Source of the DNA: Alphaproteobacteria bacterium
GTDB taxonomy: Bacteria > Pseudomonadota > Alphaproteobacteria > Bin95
NCBI GenBank assembly: GCA_965205265.1
Contig: CBDBGH010000003.1
Coordinates: forward strand, 640,001 to 704,000
Length of the DNA: 64,000 bases
Reading direction: 5' to 3'
Shown here: positions 57,797-64,000 of the stretch, piece after piece
Layout of the letters: every line of letters begins with the position of its first letter
How positions within the stretch are numbered: the stretch's first letter is position 1
Made by a program: the position numbers and the translations under genes
Notes under the pieces: generated by a model
Database searches by the model: none
Seen by the model: the letters and a program-made list of their open reading frames with translations, nothing else
What the model was told of the DNA's origin: nothing

Positions 57797-58951
57797 CTAC
57801 CATGGCTGCGATTTCTCATGTTTGACGTGGTCGGGCAAATTGTATGTAAGACCACTCTCTTCATATACGGAAATCTGGAGAAGCTGGCTGAAATTGTCCG
57901 CCCGGACCACCAGCCCGCTCTTCTGCCAGCGCTGGAGACGTTGTTTCAGCCGGAAACCGAACAGGGTTCCGAAGGTCCGGGTCGGGGGATACTGGAAATC
58001 CCCGGCCAGTTCGTTCCCTATGAGCGCGCGGGACAGTTTGTAGGCAAGGGCGATGACCTGTTCTCGTTCCCGATCATCCGAGATGTCCACGATGCCGGGA
58101 ATGGCGCCGATCAATGCGTTCGCCATCGCTGCCGAATCCGAATCGGGCGGCGGCTCGCACATATTCGCAATCCGGTATATCCGGTCCGCCTCCGCGCCAT
58201 CCTCGTAAAGGATCGATTCGGGAATGCCCATCAGGTAGCCGGAATAGCGCCAGACGTCGAGGATGCTCGTCTTTTCCTGTTCCGTGAAGGACGCGCCCAC
58301 CAGCTGCGCATAATCGAGGAGCCGCTTGGAAAAAACCGAAATGGCGAAACCGAGATGGGCTGCGCTCAGCGGCGTGCCCCAGGCTTCGCCGTTCCATTCC
58401 TCGTGCCTCGCCAGCAGGCTCCTGATCCGGGCATGCACGAAGCGCACCCGGGTCGAGAGCTTCCAGCCGTCCCCATCCCGCTGCAGGCCGTCGGGGAAGA
58501 AGATTTCGAGCAATTGGCGGTTATTCTGCTGGAGGCGCCTTTTGGTGGCCGCGACGCGGCCGGTAATGCTGAACGATTTGGCTATAAGCGTCGAAAACCC
58601 TTCCACGAGCACGCCGGCGACGAACGCGACCAGCATGAGGTCCGCATTGGCATGAAAGGCGCGCACGCCCGGCCGAAAGGCGCTGTAGTGTAGCCATTCC
58701 GGCTCCCGGAAATCCTCGAAGAAACGGCGCAGCGGTTCCGGCGCGTCCCGCAATTCCGCGTCCCGCTGCTCTATGCCCGCTCCGATGAACCTGTGAAGTT
58801 CTGCGGGATGCAGCGGATAGACCTGCTCCATCACCGGATCGAGCTCCGGGTCGCCGATCGCGGTGTGCAGGATATACCTGTCGGCCAGCGCGCCGTCGTA
58901 ACGCCGGGCTTTCTCATAGCCTTCGATATAAGCCGACGGCGCTTCAGGCAT
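57797..58951 (-). CDS. MpaB/Lcp-like (DUF2236) heme oxygenase domain protein
   Basis: GDPELD, EPEWL, GDGWKLSTRVRFVHARIR, WGTPLS, WRYSGYLMGIPE. Confidence 0.75.
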   Translation of the reverse strand: MPEAPSAYIEGYEKARRYDGALADRYILHTAIGDPELDPVMEQVYPLHPAELHRFIGAGIEQRDAELRDAPEPLRRFFEDFREPEWLHYSAFRPGVRAFHANADLMLVAFVAGVLVEGFSTLIAKSFSITGRVAATKRRLQQNNRQLLEIFFPDGLQRDGDGWKLSTRVRFVHARIRSLLARHEEWNGEAWGTPLSAAHLGFAISVFSKRLLDYAQLVGASFTEQEKTSILDVWRYSGYLMGIPESILYEDGAEADRIYRIANMCEPPPDSDSAAMANALIGAIPGIVDISDDREREQVIALAYKLSRALIGNELAGDFQYPPTRTFGTLFGFRLKQRLQRWQKSGLVVRADNFSQLLQISVYEESGLTYNLPDHVKHEKSQPW

Positions 58952-59550
58952 GCCCGTTACTTCTGTTCCCTAGGGAGCTTGAAGTAGCCGGGTATCTTCT
59001 ACGGCAGAAGGGGGATCCATGCAGTGTTCCGATAATGAACCTTGCTCCTCCTAAACATTTGGTAATTTCGGTCGAATCCGACGCTAAATCAACCCTCGAT
59101 CGCCGCCGCTGCGGGCGGCCGGGAAGAGCGGAGGGATATGAGCGGGACCGAATGCCGGAACGGCGCCGACATCGGCGGCGGATGCATGTTGCGTTTTCAG
59201 GGCCCGGCCCAACGCTGCTAGGGTAGTCGCGGTTGAAGATCCGGAGGAAATCGGCGCCTTGTCCGAGCCGCAACAGCCTCACGATGGATGGTGGGCCCGT
59301 CTCGACGCCGGGGCCGATACCGTCGCGGTCTGGGCCGCGCTGCTTTGCGTCCTCGTCTTCCTCATCCATATACGCACCCACCCTCGCGGATTCCGGGACC
59401 GGCGCCTCGTCGGGGCGTGTCTCGCCGGCGCCGCCGTCTTGATCATCTACCGATGGTCCACCTGGCCCCGGCGCCCGCCGGATACCGCCCGCCCGATAGT
59501 CTGCTACAGTGCCGCCGCCGCGGGGCGGCGGCCGGGAGGGGCAGGGGGAC

Positions 59551-61608
59551 ATGAGCGAAACCGGGACCGAATACCGGATCGGCATCGACATCGGCGGCAC
59601 CTTCACGGACCTCGTGGCCGTGGACCGCGAAGGCGGGACGCGGATCGCCAAGGCGCCCTCGACGCCGGCGGACCAGTCCGTCGGCGTGCTGGACGGGCTC
59701 GGGCGCCTGGCCGGAGCGATGGGGCTGGATGTCGCGACCCTGCTGGCGCGGACGGAGCGCATCGTGCACGGCACCACGGTCGCCACCAACGCCATCCTGG
59801 AGCGCAAGGGCGCCACGGTGGGCCTGCTGACTACCGGAGGCCACCGCGACGTGCTGGAAATGCGCGAGGGCCTGAAGCCGGACCGCTACAATCTGCGCAT
59901 CCCGCCGCCGGACCCGCTGGTGCCCCGCCGCAGGCGCCTTGGCGTCCGCGAACGGCTGCGCGCCGACGGCGCCGTCGAGACGCCCCTCGATCCCGCCTCG
60001 CTGGAAGAGGCGGTGGAGACGCTGCGCGGGCAGGGCGTCGACTCGGTCGCCATCTGCTTCCTGCATGCCTGGCGGGACAATGCCCATGAGCGCGCGGCGG
60101 CGGATGCGGTGCGCCGGGCGATGCCGGACGCCTATCTGTCGCTGTCCTCGGACGTGTTCCCGCAGATCAAGGAGTTCGAGCGCGTCTCGACCACCGTGGT
60201 CAACGCCTATGTCGGGCCGGCCCTTTCCGGCTATCTCGGCCGTCTCGCCGCCCGGCTAGAGGAGAACGGCTATGCCGGGCCGCTGCTTATCATCCTGAGC
60301 CATGGCGGCGTCGCGCCGCTGGAAGAGGCGGTCCGGCTGGCGGCGGGGACGGTGCTGTCGGGGCCCGCCGGCGGGGTCGCGGGCGCGCGCTACTCGGCCC
60401 GGCTGCTCGGCTCGGGCGACCTCATCCCGTTCGACATGGGCGGCACGAGCACCGACATCTCGCTCATCTCCGGCGGCGAGGCGGCGCTGTCGTCCGACCG
60501 GGGCATTGCCGGGGAACGGATCGCGCTCTCCTCGCTCGACATCGCCAGCATCGGCGCGGGCGGCGGCTCCATCGCGCATGTGGACGCCGGCGGCGTGCTG
60601 CATGTGGGCCCCGAGAGCGCCGGCGCCGATCCGGGCCCGGCCTGCTACGGGCGCGGCGGCGCCCTGCCGACCGTGACGGATGCGAGCCTGGTGCTGGGGT
60701 TCCTCGATCCAGCGAACTTCCTCGGGGGGCGCGAGCAACTCGATACCGGGGCGGCGGAAGCGGCCCTCGACGCGCTTGCAGCCGACCTCGGAGTCGAGCG
60801 CATGACGGCGGCGGAAGGCGTCCACCGCGTGGTGCATACCAACATGGCGGAGGGTATCCGCCTGGTGTCCGTCAGGCGTGGCGTGGACCCGCGCCGCTTC
60901 GTGCTGCTTGCCTTCGGCGGGGCCGCCGGCCTCCACATCACCGATGTCGCGCGCCAGCTGGATATTTCGCGGGTGGTGGTGCCGAGGGTCGCCTCCGTGC
61001 TGTCCGCCTGGGGCATGCTCGCGACCGACCTGCGCTTCGAAGCCTCCCGCACCCATATCGGCGATGCGGCCGCGCTCGACGCCGCCGCGGTGCGCGCCGT
61101 CTATGACGAGTTGGAGAGCGCCGCCCGCGAGCGCCTTGCCGCCTGCCATTCCGGCGAGGTGGCGGTGCGCCGCGCCGCCGACATGCGCTATGGCGAGCAG
61201 ATCTTCGAGGTGGATGTCGCGCTGGACGGCCTCGACTGGCAGGCGGACGACCTGCTGGATCGGATCGCGGAGCGCTTCCACGACCGCCACGAGGCGCTGT
61301 TCACCTATGCGCTGCGCGAGGACGATGTGGTACTGGTGAACGCCCGCGCCGCAGCGGTCGGACGCCTGCCGGGCCTGCCGGAAGAGCGCGTGCCCGATGC
61401 GGGCGCGGATGCCGCGCCCCGCGCGAGGCGGCAGGTCCATATGGGCGGCTGGCTGGAAGCGCCGATCTTCGACTTCGCCGCGCTCAGGCCGGGCCAGGCG
61501 CTGGAGGGGCCCGCGGTGGTGGAGAGCGATCTCACGACCGTCGTCCTGCGCCCGGGAGACCGCGCGGCCGTCACCCCGCTCGGCTGGTTGGACATCGCCG
61601 TCGGATAG
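59551..61608 (+). CDS. Hydantoinase/oxoprolinase family, subunit A
   Basis: IGIDIGGTFTD, HGTTVATNA, SGPAGG, DMGGTSTD, GPESAGADPGPACYG. Confidence 0.92.
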   Translation: MSETGTEYRIGIDIGGTFTDLVAVDREGGTRIAKAPSTPADQSVGVLDGLGRLAGAMGLDVATLLARTERIVHGTTVATNAILERKGATVGLLTTGGHRDVLEMREGLKPDRYNLRIPPPDPLVPRRRRLGVRERLRADGAVETPLDPASLEEAVETLRGQGVDSVAICFLHAWRDNAHERAAADAVRRAMPDAYLSLSSDVFPQIKEFERVSTTVVNAYVGPALSGYLGRLAARLEENGYAGPLLIILSHGGVAPLEEAVRLAAGTVLSGPAGGVAGARYSARLLGSGDLIPFDMGGTSTDISLISGGEAALSSDRGIAGERIALSSLDIASIGAGGGSIAHVDAGGVLHVGPESAGADPGPACYGRGGALPTVTDASLVLGFLDPANFLGGREQLDTGAAEAALDALAADLGVERMTAAEGVHRVVHTNMAEGIRLVSVRRGVDPRRFVLLAFGGAAGLHITDVARQLDISRVVVPRVASVLSAWGMLATDLRFEASRTHIGDAAALDAAAVRAVYDELESAARERLAACHSGEVAVRRAADMRYGEQIFEVDVALDGLDWQADDLLDRIAERFHDRHEALFTYALREDDVVLVNARAAAVGRLPGLPEERVPDAGADAAPRARRQVHMGGWLEAPIFDFAALRPGQALEGPAVVESDLTTVVLRPGDRAAVTPLGWLDIAVG

Positions 61609-61622
61609 GCGGGACGGGACCG

Positions 61623-63239
61623 CTACCGGGCGTCTTCCAGAATCATCGCGGCCGCCTTTTCGCCGATCATGATGCTGGGGGCGTTGGTGTTGCCGGCGGG
61701 GATGGTCGGCATGATCGAGGCATCGGCGACGCGCAGGCCGGCAATCCCGTGGACGCGCAGCCTGGCGTCGGTGGCGGAGTCCGTCTCCGGCCCCATGCGG
61801 CAGGTGCCGACCGGGTGGTAGTTGGCGACGGCGCGCGCCCGCACGTCGGCCAGCAGGTCCTCGTCGCTCTCGCAGGCGGGGCCGGGCAGCACTTCCTCCA
61901 CCGTGAACGGCGCGAGCGCCGGCTGGCCGGCGATCTTCCGGCACAGGCGCATGCCGTAAAGGATCGCCTGGCGGTCGTATTCGCTGCGCAGGAACTCGTA
62001 GCGGATCGCCGGCGCGGCAAGCGGGTCCGGGCTCTTGAGGCGCACCGAGCCGTCGCAGTCCGGGCGCAGATGCACCGGGCTCAGCGTGAAGGCGGAGAAG
62101 GGGTGCGGCTCGATCCTGTCGGGCGCGCGGCGCGCCGCGCTCCAGCTCAGCATGTTGATCTGGAGGTCGGGGCCGTCGAGCCGCGGGTCGGTGCGCACGA
62201 AAGCGCCGGCGCAGATGCCCGTGCTGGCGAGCGGGCCGTCGCCGAAGAGCGCGTAGCGCGCGCCGGCCGCAAGGCGGCGCGGCAGGCTCCGCGCCAGATC
62301 GTTCGCGGTCACCGGCCGGGCGCAGCGGAAGCTGATATAGGTGTTGAAGTGATCGCGGAGATGGGCGCCGACGCCGGGCAGGTCCCGCAGCGGCCGGATG
62401 CCCATTTCGGCGAGATGCGCCGCCGGGCCGATGCCCGAAAGCTGGAGCAGGTGGGGCGAACCGAACGCGCCGCCGGACACAATGACCTCGCGCTTCGCAT
62501 GCGCCCGCTTCGGTCCGTGGGGCGTCTGGTATTCGATGCCGGTGGCGCGGCCCTCCTCGATCAGCAGCCGGCGCGCCTGGGCCAGGGTCTCGACATGCAG
62601 GTTGGGCCGCTTTCTGGCGGGAACGAGATAGGCTCTGGCCGAACTCCAGCGCCGCTTGCGCGAGGCGGTGAACTGGTAGAAGCCGGTTCCCTCCTGCTCG
62701 GGCCCGTTGAAGTCGGCGTTGGCGGGAATGCCGGCCTCGACCGCTGCGGCCACCATGGCGCGGTGCAGCGCCCATTCGGTCGGCACGTCCGAGACCCGGA
62801 GCGGGCCGCCCGCGCCGTGGAATCCGTCCGCGCCGCGCTCATTGTCCTCGGCCTTGACGAAATAGGGCAGCACCGACTCCCAGTCCCAGCCGTCCAGCCC
62901 GCGCTGGCGCCAGCCATCGTAGTCGCGCGGCTGGCCGCGAATGTAGATCGTGCCGTTGATCGAGCTGCTGCCGCCGAGCACCCGCCCGCGCGGCTGGAAG
63001 AGCCGGCGGCCGTCCAGCGCCTCGACGGGCTCGGTCTCGAACTTCCAGTTGACCCGCCCGTCGATGAACAGCTTGGGAAAGCCGAGCGGGATGTGGATCC
63101 AGGGGTCGGTGTCGCGCGGACCCGCCTCCAGCAGCAGGACGCTGTAGCGCCCGGACTCGGAGAGGCGCGCCGCCACGGCGCAGCCGGCCGAGCCTGCGCC
63201 GGACACGATGAAGTCGAACTCGGCATTGTCGGCCAGCAT
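61623..63239 (-). CDS. GMC oxidoreductase (choline dehydrogenase-like)
   Basis: GAGSAGC, GRVLGGSSSING, YHPVGTCRMG, GNTNAP. Confidence 0.92.
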   Translation of the reverse strand: MLADNAEFDFIVSGAGSAGCAVAARLSESGRYSVLLLEAGPRDTDPWIHIPLGFPKLFIDGRVNWKFETEPVEALDGRRLFQPRGRVLGGSSSINGTIYIRGQPRDYDGWRQRGLDGWDWESVLPYFVKAEDNERGADGFHGAGGPLRVSDVPTEWALHRAMVAAAVEAGIPANADFNGPEQEGTGFYQFTASRKRRWSSARAYLVPARKRPNLHVETLAQARRLLIEEGRATGIEYQTPHGPKRAHAKREVIVSGGAFGSPHLLQLSGIGPAAHLAEMGIRPLRDLPGVGAHLRDHFNTYISFRCARPVTANDLARSLPRRLAAGARYALFGDGPLASTGICAGAFVRTDPRLDGPDLQINMLSWSAARRAPDRIEPHPFSAFTLSPVHLRPDCDGSVRLKSPDPLAAPAIRYEFLRSEYDRQAILYGMRLCRKIAGQPALAPFTVEEVLPGPACESDEDLLADVRARAVANYHPVGTCRMGPETDSATDARLRVHGIAGLRVADASIMPTIPAGNTNAPSIMIGEKAAAMILEDAR

Positions 63240-63264
63240 GTCGCGCGCTCCCGCGGCCCTGCCG

Positions 63265-64000
63265 TCAGGCCACGGCGCCCGAAGCCCTGAGCGCGGCGAT
63301 CTCCTCCGGCGCGCGGCCGAGTTCGGCCAGAATCTCGTCCGTGTGCTGGCCGGTCTCCGGCGCGGGGCCGGGCTCCGTCTTCTCCGAGCCTTCGACCCAG
63401 ACCGGCGCCGCGACCGTGTGGGTGGAGAGGCCCGACGGGTCGCGGTGGGGCACGACGACCCCGGCAGCCCTCATCTGCGGGTCTTCCGGAATGTCCTCGG
63501 TCCTGCCGACCACGCCGAACGCCAGGCCCTCCGCCTCCAGCCGCTCCCGCCACACGGGCCAGGGCTCGCGGATGAACACCTCATCGAGAATGGCAATCAG
63601 CTCGCGCGCATGGCGGTGCCGGGCCGGTTTCTCGGCGAAGCGCGGGTCGGAGCCGAGGTCCGGACGGTCGAGCGCGCGCAGCAGGTTCGGCCACTGCTTG
63701 TCCTCGTTGACGAGGCTCAGAATGAACCAGCGCCCGTCCGCGCAACGGTAGTGATTGGCGACGCCGGTCGCCCAGTTCTCGCGCTTCGGCCGGGTCGGGA
63801 TGTCGAGGCCGCAAAGCGCCGCCTGGGCGTAGAAGGCATTGCACCACACGCCGTTCGCCATGAGGTTGGTGTGCACCTTGCCGCCCTTGCCGGTGACCTG
63901 GCGGCGGTAGAGCGCCGTCATGATCGCGGCGAACAGCGCCACCCCCGTCGGATGGTCGCCCATTCCGGGGAGCGAGCGCGCGGGCGATCCTTCCGGGTCG
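63265..64000 (-). CDS. CoA-transferase family III (CaiB/BaiF), 3' part
   Basis: PGMGDHPTG, ALYRR..TGKG, YRCADGRW, APETGQHTDEIL; frame continues off the window. Confidence 0.88.
   Translation of the reverse strand, partial: DPEGSPARSLPGMGDHPTGVALFAAIMTALYRRQVTGKGGKVHTNLMANGVWCNAFYAQAALCGLDIPTRPKRENWATGVANHYRCADGRWFILSLVNEDKQWPNLLRALDRPDLGSDPRFAEKPARHRHARELIAILDEVFIREPWPVWRERLEAEGLAFGVVGRTEDIPEDPQMRAAGVVVPHRDPSGLSTHTVAAPVWVEGSEKTEPGPAPETGQHTDEILAELGRAPEEIAALRASGAVA

Overview
High-GC alphaproteobacterial chromosome segment, probably Rhodospirillales-like (pcm-tolC-popZ-valS synteny, Methanosarcina-type serC, hisZ-purA, rpmB, proC). It carries many catabolic genes, including an aerobic benzoyl-CoA (box) cluster with no boxA but with a ferredoxin-reductase-like gene and a flavodoxin. 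An accessory region at about 46.5-59 kb holds a co-oriented set of MpaB/Lcp-like oxygenase, MMPL transporter, squalene synthase and outer-membrane barrel genes. That set is interrupted by an IS1634 element flanked by a 374-bp direct duplication, and the IS1634 transposase is itself split by an IS21 element. The main unexplained signal is a dispersed intergenic module at three loci (about 6.4-7.6, 25.2-25.8 and 49.4-50.3/55.0-55.4 kb). Each copy has the same order: sigma70-like promoter, conserved ~125-nt GC-rich leader, RBS+ATG with unrelated cargo, then CATGAC repeats phased at 10 bp. No rRNA, tRNA or CRISPR array was seen. All product calls come from motif recognition by eye; no database searches were run.
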